Positions 8,736-17,721 are shown, counted from the stretch's first letter. The stretch is 64,000 bases of DNA from Candidatus Woesearchaeota archaeon (GCA_046705145.1 JBJKQO010000033.1:4023-68022), one strand, 5' to 3'. Notes: generated from the sequence alone by a model not told the origin. Numbers and translations are program-made.

Positions 8736-9945
8736 TGTTTGCTGTTATCGTCTCTTTTGCCTTAGGTATACCAAGGTTTTCTATCTCATCTTTTCCTGCT
8801 GCAATCTTCCTCTTAAGCGACTCTATATCATCACTAACCCTTGCCAGCTCTTCTTCTGCTAGCCTCTTCTGCTTCAGGACATCTGAAGCATCTATATTCT
8901 CATCTATCTCATTTCTTTGTATCATCATCTTGTTGAATCTTGCAAGGATGCCTGTGAGGTAAGCCTGGTCTATCTCATCAATAGTCCTTACTACCTTTTC
9001 TGCCTGCTTGTCTTTTAGTCCAAGATCACCTTTCTCAACGATAGACCTGACCTTGCTAAGAGCACCTATTATCCTCATGTTAAGGTCATCCTTAAGAGCA
9101 TGAAGCGCATCATTAAGATATTCCTCGACAAGCTTCTCATCCTCAAACGAGATCTTCTGATACTTCCTTAGCGGCCTGTCAAGCACAGAGAACTTTTCCC
9201 TAAGCTCATACTCAAGCGCCCTAACCGACTCAGAAATCTCCTTTTTTTGAGAGACAAGCTGTCTTATCTTAGAATAATCCTCTGATGACCTTATGCTTTC
9301 CAATAATGACTCTGTCTCATTTTTCTTTGACTCTTTTTTCTTCAGGGAAAAAGCGGACTCAGACACCTTCTTTTCGGTCTCTTCCCTTGCATTGTGCTTC
9401 TCGACAAATGAGCTTATAAGCCCTGATGTCTCAGCGATCATGTCTATGTTTCCCTCAGACAACGCTTTTTTTATGCTACCAATCTTAGAATCGATAAGCT
9501 TGATGTTTTGGGCGATAGCGCCAGACTCGTGCGCAAGAAACTCCTGCAGTATCATATACTGCCTATAGGTAGCCTTGCTAAACGAATGTATCTCAGAATC
9601 AAACTTCTCAAGGAATTCCGGGACCTTTTCCAGGTCGTCTGGGATATTTATTGATGATTTTAGAAGTTTTACTCTCTTGATGTAAGCCTCCCTGTTGCCT
9701 ATCATGTACTGGATCGCTTTTGGAGGGATGTTCTCGTTTCTCAGCTTCGCATTCTCAAGCATATCCAGGTTTTCGTCCAGCTTGATTAGCTCTTCTTTGA
9801 TCTCTGAACGCAAAACACCTACCCTTTTACTTGCGCTTGCCTCGTGATCCTTCTTCTTCTCATCGAACCACTGCATCAGATCCTCTTTCCTGACTTCTTC
9901 TTTTTGCTTCTGCTTCTCTTTTCTTCCGAACAGTTTCCAGAACAT
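8695..9945 (-). CDS. coiled-coil protein of unknown function
   Basis: 416 aa, highly charged with heptad-like repeats (EELARVSDDIESLKRKIAAGKDEIENL). Confidence 0.5.
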   Translation of the reverse strand: MFWKLFGRKEKQKQKEEVRKEDLMQWFDEKKKDHEASASKRVGVLRSEIKEELIKLDENLDMLENAKLRNENIPPKAIQYMIGNREAYIKRVKLLKSSINIPDDLEKVPEFLEKFDSEIHSFSKATYRQYMILQEFLAHESGAIAQNIKLIDSKIGSIKKALSEGNIDMIAETSGLISSFVEKHNAREETEKKVSESAFSLKKKESKKNETESLLESIRSSEDYSKIRQLVSQKKEISESVRALEYELREKFSVLDRPLRKYQKISFEDEKLVEEYLNDALHALKDDLNMRIIGALSKVRSIVEKGDLGLKDKQAEKVVRTIDEIDQAYLTGILARFNKMMIQRNEIDENIDASDVLKQKRLAEEELARVSDDIESLKRKIAAGKDEIENLGIPKAKETITANISDMFGVEIEIVD

Positions 9946-9997
9946 GATGATAAGAATAACAAAAAGTTATTAAAAGGTTTTCGTTTATTAACAGGTT

Positions 9998-10315
9998 ATG
10001 GCAGTTAACTTCAAGAAACTCAACTACGATGCCAAGGAAGTGGCAAAAGAAAGGATAAGGCTACTCTTTGACAAGGCAGACCTCATGTTCACATCAGATA
10101 AGGCTCTTGCAAACAGATACGTGACGCTTGCAAGAAAACTTGCCATGAAATACAAGGTACGGCTCCCATCTGAGCTCAAAAGGAGATACTGCAAGCACTG
10201 CTACAGGTACCTAAGGTCAGGAGAGAACCTCAGGATAAGGACAAGAGAAGGAAAGCTCGTCTATTACTGCCTCGAATGCAAGAAGTTCTGGAAGAAACCT
10301 ATAGGGAAGAAATAA
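9998..10315 (+). CDS. rnp4: RNase P protein component 4 (Rpp21/RNP4), zinc ribbon
   Basis: ERIRLLF...A.RYV.LARKL..K..VRLP..LKRRYCKHC...L..G.N.RIR...GKLVYYCLECK pattern with a CxxC...CxxC zinc ribbon. Confidence 0.7.
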   Translation: MAVNFKKLNYDAKEVAKERIRLLFDKADLMFTSDKALANRYVTLARKLAMKYKVRLPSELKRRYCKHCYRYLRSGENLRIRTREGKLVYYCLECKKFWKKPIGKK

Positions 10316-10324
10316 AAAAAATAA

Positions 10325-10530
10325 CAAAAATTGGCTAATTACTAATATTAGCTTGCCTATACTCAAAGCAAAGCTTTTCGTAATAGCAAACATAGTTTGC
10401 TATATCTCCGACCTAAAGGTCGGAGTATTACGGCTCGCTAATTTTGTTAGCCAATTTTTGGGATAGTAAAGTCGAGCCTGTATCTACAACCTAAAGGAAA
10501 TAGTATTAGGCTCGACTTTTCTATAAATAA
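10325..10530. repeat. structured intergenic repeat, family A, copy 1 (putative ncRNA or MITE-like element)
   Basis: The variable 5' module is closed by the stem ttggctaa...ttagccaa and contains internal hairpins. The conserved 3' hairpin is aagtcgagcct-N28-aggctcgactt followed by ttctataaat. A second copy is at 50821-51040. Confidence 0.6.
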
Positions 10531-10540
10531 AAAATTCTGG

Positions 10541-11125
10541 TTACTTAAACAATCCAAATCCTGGAACGTCTGCCTTAAGCGCTACTCCATGATCTCCTGT
10601 GCATTGGTCATTGTAGACATCAAGAGTCTCACAGAATTCGCCCCAGATCTTCACTCCGCCATATGCTGCGCAATCATAATCAGCTGTTGGCATTGCAACG
10701 ATCTTTACAAACTCGTTCCATTTGCAGACCTGTCCGTCATCTCCTATATACTCACCTGACATATGGTTTGTTAACCATGCTCCTGAGCCGATATAGCTTG
10801 GAAGCCCATAGTGCCTGTCAAGAAGCCCGTCTCCGTCGCAGTCCATGTTGCTTAGCCATGCGTCGTTCCATTTCATAGAAAGCTTGTCATCCTTGTATGG
10901 CTGGCACCATGCAGCGTCCCTGTAAGCGTCGCAGTAATATCCGTTGAAAAGATGCGCCTGGTAGTTGTATCCCCAGACGTCATATCCTGTGGTTATCACG
11001 CTTCCGTCGCTTGCAAGCAGAGTTCCGCTCTGTATCGTTGTGCAGCTTGTTTTTTTTGCCATAGCCGTAGCGCTTAGCATCAAAAGCAAAGATACAGCCA
11101 AGGCAAGAAATATCGTTTTCTTCAT
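10541..11125 (-). CDS. secreted cysteine-rich protein, unknown function
   Basis: N-terminal signal peptide MKKTIFLALAVSLLLMLSATAMA followed by about 12 Cys. Confidence 0.5.
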   Translation of the reverse strand: MKKTIFLALAVSLLLMLSATAMAKKTSCTTIQSGTLLASDGSVITTGYDVWGYNYQAHLFNGYYCDAYRDAAWCQPYKDDKLSMKWNDAWLSNMDCDGDGLLDRHYGLPSYIGSGAWLTNHMSGEYIGDDGQVCKWNEFVKIVAMPTADYDCAAYGGVKIWGEFCETLDVYNDQCTGDHGVALKADVPGFGLFK

Positions 11126-11207
11126 GTTTTAGCACCCCCTAAGGTTTATACTGGTTTATAACACAGATAAAACTTGAGATATATAAATTTTTGGTGATAT
11201 AATCAAT

Positions 11208-12182
11208 TTACTCATCAAATAGCTGCCTCACGAACTCTGTCGCGTAGCAGCCCTTGTCAAGGTCAAACTCAAGGATAATCTTTTTCTTTCCCTTGTTTAA
11301 CTCATCTTCTTTTGGCTCTGATACTTTCAGGTTCCTGGCAAGAGCAAGGTACTGCCTGCTGTCACCTTCGCTGCTAAGATCAGGCATGTTTCTTATGATT
11401 AAGTCTCTTTGGGAGATCCCCTCTTCTTTGAGCAGATGCATTATTATCTGAGAAATCTCATCATCTCCAAGCTCTGTCCCAAATCCTACAAGAGGGATCG
11501 CCCTGTTTTCCCTCACACCCTCATTCCAGAGCGCCTCAGCAGCCTGGTTCCACAGCATGCTTTGGTAGCTGTGGACGTACATGGTAAGGATCTTGCGAGG
11601 GATGTTTTTTAGCGCCCCAACATAGTCATTTTTATATTTTTCGAGATGAAAAAACATCGCTTTTCCGTACTGCTTGTCAGTCTCAAGTATGAGCTTTGCT
11701 GCCTCACCAGCCTTTCCCTGTATAAGAAGCTTTCCTATCCTGGCGTTGTTTGTAGAAAACCTCTGCTCTCCAAAGAGGTTCATAAAAGTTGTTTTAGCCA
11801 TAATATCCTTTGGGACAAGATCAAGATTTCTGACTGTTATCCTAAAATAGTTCCCTTTTAGGTCTCCAAGTGATATAGGCTCTTTTCCATAACCCAAAAA
11901 AGCCAACTGGACCTCCTCTGTTCCGAAGTGTTCTATGTCTTTTCCGAGCCTGTTAGCCACTGACACGACCTGGGTGGTTATCGCGTTCTTGTCCTTTGTT
12001 CCTGCAAACGAGAACTTCTTAAAATCTATCCTTGATCTTTCAGCGACCCTCTTTATCGCGTTAAGCGTGGTGTAATTGACTTTTTTAAGCTCAAAGTAGG
12101 TATACCTGCCAGTCTCATCAACAGAATAAGAGGGAATCTCCTCTACGATAAAATCCTCAGGAAGGGTTTTTAGCATGTACAT
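11208..12182 (-). CDS. truD: tRNA pseudouridine synthase TruD/Pus7 family
   Basis: FAGTKDKNAITTQ (the GTKD catalytic motif) with a TruD-like N-terminus. Confidence 0.7.
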   Translation of the reverse strand: MYMLKTLPEDFIVEEIPSYSVDETGRYTYFELKKVNYTTLNAIKRVAERSRIDFKKFSFAGTKDKNAITTQVVSVANRLGKDIEHFGTEEVQLAFLGYGKEPISLGDLKGNYFRITVRNLDLVPKDIMAKTTFMNLFGEQRFSTNNARIGKLLIQGKAGEAAKLILETDKQYGKAMFFHLEKYKNDYVGALKNIPRKILTMYVHSYQSMLWNQAAEALWNEGVRENRAIPLVGFGTELGDDEISQIIMHLLKEEGISQRDLIIRNMPDLSSEGDSRQYLALARNLKVSEPKEDELNKGKKKIILEFDLDKGCYATEFVRQLFDE

Positions 12183-12240
12183 ATCCCTAAGAAAGCTCGA
12201 AAACTATTTAAATGCTTGTCTGATTCGCCTTATGATAAAT

Positions 12241-12374
12241 GAGCCTGTAGCCTAGCCTGGATAGGGCGTCTGCCTCCTACTTCATCAGGAGAAGAGAGCA
12301 GAAGACCGGGGGTTCGAACAGCCTGCGCCTGCAAGACCGCATAAAGCGCGGCTTTGAAAGTCCCCCCAGGCTCA
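12241..12374 (+). tRNA. tRNA-Arg(CCU) with two introns (canonical 37/38 and T-loop 59/60)
   Basis: Acceptor GAGCCTG/CAGGCTC plus A discriminator, D-arm GCCT-AGCCTGGATA-GGGC, anticodon stem TCTGC/GCAGA with loop CTCCTA+17-nt intron, and T-arm GGGGG-TTCGAA[42-nt intron]T-CCCCC. It is followed by a TTTTTTT tract; no CCA is encoded. Confidence 0.55.
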
Positions 12375-12386
12375 TTTTTTTCTAAA

Positions 12387-13589
12387 ATGGCACAGATAAG
12401 ATTCAATGACATCAGATTTTTTGATGAGGGAAAAGACATCAAGGCTATATTTCTCAAGAGATACTATTTCATGATATCTGGAGAGGAGATAGAAAAGATA
12501 GGCAGATACGATGTCAAGGAAGGTGAGATATCGATAGACTGCCCCCAGGCAAAGGCTGAAAGGAGATTCATGTTCCTGATAGAGGAAGGATTTAAGTGCC
12601 TGAAAAACATAATGAGCAAAAAAGAGACAGTCTACGTGCATAAGAATTCAGGGATCCCTCTTTTTGGGTCAGGCTCTTTTGGCATAGTTGACCGCGGAAC
12701 AAACCTTATCGAGATCAAGCCATCTACAGGCTGCAACATAAACTGCATATACTGCTCTGTAGATGAAGATAAGAGGCAGGTCGATTTCGTTGTCGAAGCA
12801 GATTACATGATCGAGGAGACAAGGCGCCTTGTCGATTTCAAGGGTTCAGATGACATCGAGATCCATATAGGCTGCCAGGGAGAACCCCTTCTTTACACCC
12901 CTTTAGCTGAACTCGTCAAGGGGATATCTTCCATAAGAGGGGTCAAGCAGATCTCTATGGACACAAACGCGACACTTCTTACAAAAGAGAAGGTTGACGA
13001 GCTTGTTGATGCTGGAATGACAAGGTTTAACGTATCCATAAACGCATTCGAAGACAGCCTTGCAAAAAAGATCTCTAACTCACCTTATGACATCAAAAAA
13101 GTGAAGGAGATATGCCGCTACATAGCAAAAAAGGCTGATATCATAATAACTCCTGTCCTGGTCCCGACTGTAAATGAAGATGAGATGGAAAAGCTTGTCG
13201 ACTTTGCAAAAGAGATAAGCCCTAATTCCAATATGCCAATAGGGATACAGAACTTCCTTGAGTACAAGCAGGGCAGAAATCCAGTCAAGCAATGGGACTT
13301 TGAAAAGTTCATAGGATTTCTCAAAGACCTCGAGAAAAAGAAAGGTGTAAAGCTCCTTCTCGGGCCAGAAGATTTCAGGATAACCAAGACAAAGACCTTC
13401 CCTAAACAATTTCGCAAAGGAGAGATCATAGAAGCGGAAGTCAAGAGCAAAGGAAGGTTCAAAAAAGAGTATATCGCAGCAGCAAAAGACACCGTCATCA
13501 CATTATCAGGCTGCCCAAAAGACAAGAAAAAGGTCAGGCTTAAGATAACAAGGACCAAGCACGGGATATATTATGGGACTTGTGTTTGA
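12387..13589 (+). CDS. radical SAM domain protein with a C-terminal TRAM-like domain
   Basis: CNINCIYC CxxxCxxC motif. I take ATG 12387 as the start; the ORF-track start at 12354 would overlap the tRNA terminator. Confidence 0.65.
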   Translation: MAQIRFNDIRFFDEGKDIKAIFLKRYYFMISGEEIEKIGRYDVKEGEISIDCPQAKAERRFMFLIEEGFKCLKNIMSKKETVYVHKNSGIPLFGSGSFGIVDRGTNLIEIKPSTGCNINCIYCSVDEDKRQVDFVVEADYMIEETRRLVDFKGSDDIEIHIGCQGEPLLYTPLAELVKGISSIRGVKQISMDTNATLLTKEKVDELVDAGMTRFNVSINAFEDSLAKKISNSPYDIKKVKEICRYIAKKADIIITPVLVPTVNEDEMEKLVDFAKEISPNSNMPIGIQNFLEYKQGRNPVKQWDFEKFIGFLKDLEKKKGVKLLLGPEDFRITKTKTFPKQFRKGEIIEAEVKSKGRFKKEYIAAAKDTVITLSGCPKDKKKVRLKITRTKHGIYYGTCV

Positions 13590-14146
13590 GCTATTCTTGA
13601 CCTTATATGCCCTACAATTGAATCGAGAGTTTCTTGTCCATATGTGGTAGCTACCTCAATAATATGCGAAGAAGGCCCAGGTAATATTATATGAGTTCCT
13701 GAACTTATCATATTAGTCGGATACCAATGTTGATTTTGGCCAAAAGAAACAAATCCATTCGCCTCTAAATATCTTTGTATAGCTTTATATGGCCCTTCTC
13801 CAGTCTTGAAATTCAGTTTTTCAGGCCAAGTCAGCATTTGGCAGAACGCATCTTGATCTTCAATTGAACGTGTAACTTGACTGGGCGATCTGCCTAGAGT
13901 TTCAAATGCCTGTTTTAGATATCTCATTAGTTCAGGATCAAAAGTCAATAGATTAAGAACTAATGTCGGCTGTATGTGAAGTACTGCACATGAACCCTCT
14001 CCAAAATACGCAGGAAACAGGTTATGAGATCCAAAACGGTGGTATCTTAAAGATAGATCCTCATGAAGTATATCTCGTATAGACTGGTTTGCTTCATAAC
14101 CTCCCTGAGGCAAGCTCACAGCGCAATAAGATACCTTAACCATAGC
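13571..14146 (-). CDS. hypothetical protein
   Basis: ORF with start trimmed to MVKVSY at 14146. The longer ORF-track N-terminus runs into repeat family B. Confidence 0.35.
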   Translation of the reverse strand, partial: AMVKVSYCAVSLPQGGYEANQSIRDILHEDLSLRYHRFGSHNLFPAYFGEGSCAVLHIQPTLVLNLLTFDPELMRYLKQAFETLGRSPSQVTRSIEDQDAFCQMLTWPEKLNFKTGEGPYKAIQRYLEANGFVSFGQNQHWYPTNMISSGTHIILPGPSSHIIEVATTYGQETLDSIVGHIRSRIAQTQVP

Positions 14147-14195
14147 ACCAAAAGAAAAAAACCTTTGTTTAAAACAATTTGTTTTTTTCCGGCTC

Positions 14196-14333
14196 TGTTG
14201 AAAAAGTGCGTCTGTGGCAGGATTGGCAGGTATTAGCCTTTGGCTAATCCTGCCATGCCCAGACGGAGCTGACCAAGTCCCCATACAGAGTATAGGGGTT
14301 TTGGTCAGCGAAGTAGGACTTTTTCTACTGAGC
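14196..14333. repeat. structured intergenic repeat, family B, copy 1 (inverted relative to copy 2)
   Basis: About 135 nt, reverse-complement of 28416-28552. The copies differ by compensatory substitutions inside predicted stems. Confidence 0.65.
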
Positions 14334-14383
14334 CGTTTTTTCCGAAACTAATTTATAATACCTACACGATTTTTTTTCTTAAA

Positions 14384-15286
14384 ATGGCAAAAAAGGACTT
14401 GGCACCTGGAGGACAGGCAGTTATCGAAGGAGTAATGATGCGCTATGATGAGAAGCTTGCGATAGCAGTAAGGCTTGAGAACGGCAAGATAAAGGTAAAG
14501 AAAGACAAGCTGAAGAAGAACAAGCATAAGTTTTTGAAATGGCCTTTTATCAGGGGTGTTGTGAACCTTGTGCAGATGCTTGTCGTCGGGATGAAAGCGT
14601 TAATATGGTCAGCAAACCAGTTCTCAGACGAAAAAGAGGAGCTTTCCTCAAAGCACGTGTTCTGGCTTGTCTTTTCCGCGATGCTTCTCGCAGCAGGGAT
14701 ATTTGTAGCGCTTCCTTACATACTGACAAGCCTTACAGGAGTAAAAGAGCTGAAGAATCCTTTGCTTTTCAACCTTATAGACGGGATAATCAAGACTATC
14801 TTCTTCGTAGCATACATCTGGGGCATATCGAGGATGAAAGATGTCAGAAGGCTATTTGAGTATCACGGAGCAGAACACATGGCTGTCCATTGTTACGAAT
14901 CAGGAAAAAAGCTTACTCCTGAAAACTGCATGGCGCACAAGACCATGCATCCGAGATGCGGAACAAGCTTCATAATGTTCGTTTTCGTGGTGAGCATAAT
15001 CGTATTTTCGATACTTCCTCCTGCAGTCCTGGCAATATGGCCTGGATTTGCATCTTTTGGCGTGTTCTTGCAGAAGCTGATCATGCTCCCTCTAAGGATA
15101 CTTTTCATACCTGTAATCGCTGCAATAGGATATGAGCTTCTGAAGCTTACAGCAAGGTTCCAGCATAACCTTATCTTCAAACTTTTCATATTTCCAGGGA
15201 TAGCTATGCAGAAGATCACGACAAAAAAGCCTGACAAGAAGCAGCTTGAGGTCGCGATCAAAGCGCTTAAGGAAGTCGTGGATTAA
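14384..15286 (+). CDS. DUF1385 (YqhQ-like) membrane-associated protein
   Basis: GGQAVIEGVMMR N-terminus and the YHGAEH motif characteristic of DUF1385. Confidence 0.65.
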   Translation: MAKKDLAPGGQAVIEGVMMRYDEKLAIAVRLENGKIKVKKDKLKKNKHKFLKWPFIRGVVNLVQMLVVGMKALIWSANQFSDEKEELSSKHVFWLVFSAMLLAAGIFVALPYILTSLTGVKELKNPLLFNLIDGIIKTIFFVAYIWGISRMKDVRRLFEYHGAEHMAVHCYESGKKLTPENCMAHKTMHPRCGTSFIMFVFVVSIIVFSILPPAVLAIWPGFASFGVFLQKLIMLPLRILFIPVIAAIGYELLKLTARFQHNLIFKLFIFPGIAMQKITTKKPDKKQLEVAIKALKEVVD

Positions 15287-15319
15287 ACAAGATAAAAGAG
15301 AAAAATTAACTGATAGAAT

Positions 15320-16108
15320 TTACTCAACAACTGCCAGCTCTTTGTCTATCTGCTTCTGGGTCATCTTCTTGAGAAGCTCGATCTCTATCTCTCCTGCATG
15401 CTGCTCCTGAAATATGTCGACCTTGCGCTGGTTAGTAAGGTGCAGAAGAGGGATGAAAGTAAGCACTTTTCCTTCCTTCGTGTCTGAGGGTATTATATTC
15501 GTGAATGTTATCCTTGCATTCGAGCCGTTTGCTGAGACAACAGAGATTATCTTTGAGTAGACCTGCTTCATGACGTGCGTCAGGTCAACCCCTTTTTTTG
15601 GGACCATGACCTTTGATGGAGGCATGCTTCTTATAACCCGCCTTTTCTTGACTTCAAGCGCCTGCTCAAGCGCCTCCATCAGGTCAAATATGGATACTTT
15701 TCTCTTCCTGGGCTGTGGAGTCCTAGGAATGAGCTTTGGCTTGTTTGATTCATCCCCGTTCATTCTTCTTGAAAAAAGTTCTGCTTCAAGATCATCATAA
15801 AAAGCCTCATCCTCAGCCTGGTTTATAGAGGATATCAGCCTGTCAAGGTTTCCGAGGTCATCATCTATCAACCTTTTGGATTTTATCTTGAGAAGTATCG
15901 CTGCAGCAAGCAGCACTTTTCCGGAGATCCTGCAGTCCATCTCCTTTAGTTTTTTAAGTATCGAGATATATTGCTTTGTAAGCATGGAAATATCGACGTC
16001 CCATGGGTCCATCTGATGGCTTTTGACAAGGTCATAGATGATAGTCTGCCATGTAATCTCATCTTCCTTAAGCAGCATATCAAATATCTGTTCCTGCATG
16101 TTTAGCAC
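15320..16108 (-). CDS. scpA: segregation and condensation protein A (ScpA, kleisin)
   Basis: ScpA-like N-terminus (FDMLLKEDEITWQTIIYDLV) and a C-terminal winged-helix region (LTFIPLLHL). Confidence 0.65.
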   Translation of the reverse strand: MLNMQEQIFDMLLKEDEITWQTIIYDLVKSHQMDPWDVDISMLTKQYISILKKLKEMDCRISGKVLLAAAILLKIKSKRLIDDDLGNLDRLISSINQAEDEAFYDDLEAELFSRRMNGDESNKPKLIPRTPQPRKRKVSIFDLMEALEQALEVKKRRVIRSMPPSKVMVPKKGVDLTHVMKQVYSKIISVVSANGSNARITFTNIIPSDTKEGKVLTFIPLLHLTNQRKVDIFQEQHAGEIEIELLKKMTQKQIDKELAVVE

Positions 16109-16245
16109 CTGTTTTTTGCGCTTGGCATCTGATATATAAAGCTTTACTATGCTTGACCAGTACCATGCACTGATTCAGTATATGAATCTGTATACTAGTA
16201 TTTAAATGTTATGGTTTTGTGTGTTTTTTGGGTTTTTTGTATCCC

Positions 16246-16420
16246 TCTTGATAATGTCAGCATCAGGCTCGGCTGTGCTCCAGATAATGCTTCTCTCGTT
16301 GAAGCCCCGGATGGGGTGTCGCCAAGAATATCTTGGCGGACTTGCGAACAAGTTCGCAAGCGTCCCCCTCAACTCTGAACACATTCATCAGAATAGCCTC
16401 GCAAATTGATGCTGACATTA
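16246..16420. repeat. structured intergenic repeat, family C, copy 1
   Basis: Perfect 17-bp terminal inverted repeat tgataatgtcagcatca...tgatgctgacattatca encloses conserved modules ggctcggctgtgctcc, tcgccaa-N-ttggcggac, gcgaacaagttcgc, gttgaagccccgg and cccctcaactctga. Confidence 0.65.
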
Positions 16421-16477
16421 TCAAAAAAATGTTTTTTAGAAACTTTTATATAAATAATACGCTCAAGAACAGATTAA

Positions 16478-17022
16478 TGGAAACAATAGTCAAAAATGAC
16501 ATACTAAGCATCCTCAAGAAGACCGAAGACGCGCTAAGGATGCATAACTCATTTGTCCTTTATGAGCTTTCCAACCACACTATACACAACTCATCAGTAT
16601 TTCAGGACGAGGATTCTGTCTCCATAGCAGTTCTTGTATACGCGATATCAAAGATAATCCAAAGAAAAGGCTACATAGACCCAAAGCTGACAAGATACAT
16701 AAGCGATGCTTATTCCTATCTCTCAAAAGAAGACATAGAAGCCTACCGCAACATGATAAAGAAGATATTTCGCATAATCTCAGAACATGACAAGAAGATG
16801 AACCTCTACATACAGGAGGTCATAAACCATGCTGAAGTCAACAAAGGATCAAAGATATATGAGCATGGGATATCATTAAGCCGTGCTGCAGAGATAATGG
16901 GCGTCTCTCAATGGGACATCATGAAATACGCTGGAGCATCCATGAAGATCGACGGGCTTTCCATGAGAGTTGACGTAAAAGACAGGCTCAAGTTCGTAAG
17001 ATCGCTTTTCGGGTTGAGATAG
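16478..17022 (+). CDS. hypothetical protein with a C-terminal helix-turn-helix
   Basis: Start trimmed to METIVKND because the ORF-track N-terminus lies in repeat C. HTH-like ISLSRAAEIMGVSQWDIMKYAG. Its stop abuts the start of the next gene (TAGATG). Confidence 0.4.
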
Positions 17023-17721
17023 ATGAAATCATTGATATTTGATACAGGGCCGATAATAAGCCTCACGATGAACAACCTGATGTGGATACTTGTACCCCTA
17101 AAGAAAAAGTTTGGAGGCGAGTTCTACTGTGCTGAATCAGTCAAAAATGAGCTTGTAGACAAGCCACTTACCACAAAAAAGTTCAAGTTCGAGGCGCTAC
17201 ACACCCTAAGATACATGAAAGACAAGACCCTTATCGTAGACTCCTCAGAAGAAACAAAAGACCTTGCCATTAGGCTGCTGTCTATAGCAAACAGCATATT
17301 TTCTGCCCACTCAAACAATATTCAGATCGTCCATTACGCTGACATGGAGACGCTTGCGCTTGCGATGAAAAAGAAAGCTGAATCTATAGTCACGGACGAA
17401 AGGACTCTTAGGGTGCTGATAGAACGGCCTCAGAGGCTGCATTCCCTTCTTGAGAACAAGCTTCACATGAAAGTAAACCTGGACAAGGAAAAGCTTAACG
17501 AGTTTAAGCAAGAGGTTGGAAAGATAAACGTGATAAGGTCCATCGAGCTTGTAACCATCGCATACGAGATGGGCCTGCTTGACCCCTATCTCCCAGACAT
17601 GAAAGAAAGCCATGAAACCTTGCTTTCAGCACTCCTCTGGGGAGTCAAGTGCAATGGCTGCGCTGTTTCTGTAGACGAGATTGATCGGATAATATATCTT
17701 GAGTCAAAGATGAAAAAGTAA
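17023..17721 (+). CDS. PIN-like domain protein (putative nuclease)
   Basis: MKSLIFDTGPIISL N-terminus with a PIN-type acidic quartet (D7, E~40, D~98, TDE~118). Confidence 0.4.
   Translation: MKSLIFDTGPIISLTMNNLMWILVPLKKKFGGEFYCAESVKNELVDKPLTTKKFKFEALHTLRYMKDKTLIVDSSEETKDLAIRLLSIANSIFSAHSNNIQIVHYADMETLALAMKKKAESIVTDERTLRVLIERPQRLHSLLENKLHMKVNLDKEKLNEFKQEVGKINVIRSIELVTIAYEMGLLDPYLPDMKESHETLLSALLWGVKCNGCAVSVDEIDRIIYLESKMKK

Noticed and set aside
10320-10540. Possible CRISPR array among the intergenic repeats
   Set aside because: The repeats are not regularly spaced short direct repeats with unique spacers. They are long hairpin elements in dispersed single copies, and no cas genes were seen.
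12230-12457. ORF 12230-12457 minus and the 12354 start of the radical SAM ORF
   Set aside because: Both overlap the intron-containing tRNA-Arg and its poly-T terminator. The radical SAM gene more plausibly starts at ATG 12387.
13571-14284. Long N-terminal extensions of ORFs 13571-14284 (minus), 28491-29003 (plus) and 16333-17022 (plus)
   Set aside because: The extensions run through structured repeat families B and C. Downstream Met codons give compact genes.
16246-16420. C/D-box sRNA interpretation of family C elements
   Set aside because: tgatgc and ctga words are present, but without canonical RUGAUGA/CUGA box spacing or terminal stem geometry, and the elements are too long.
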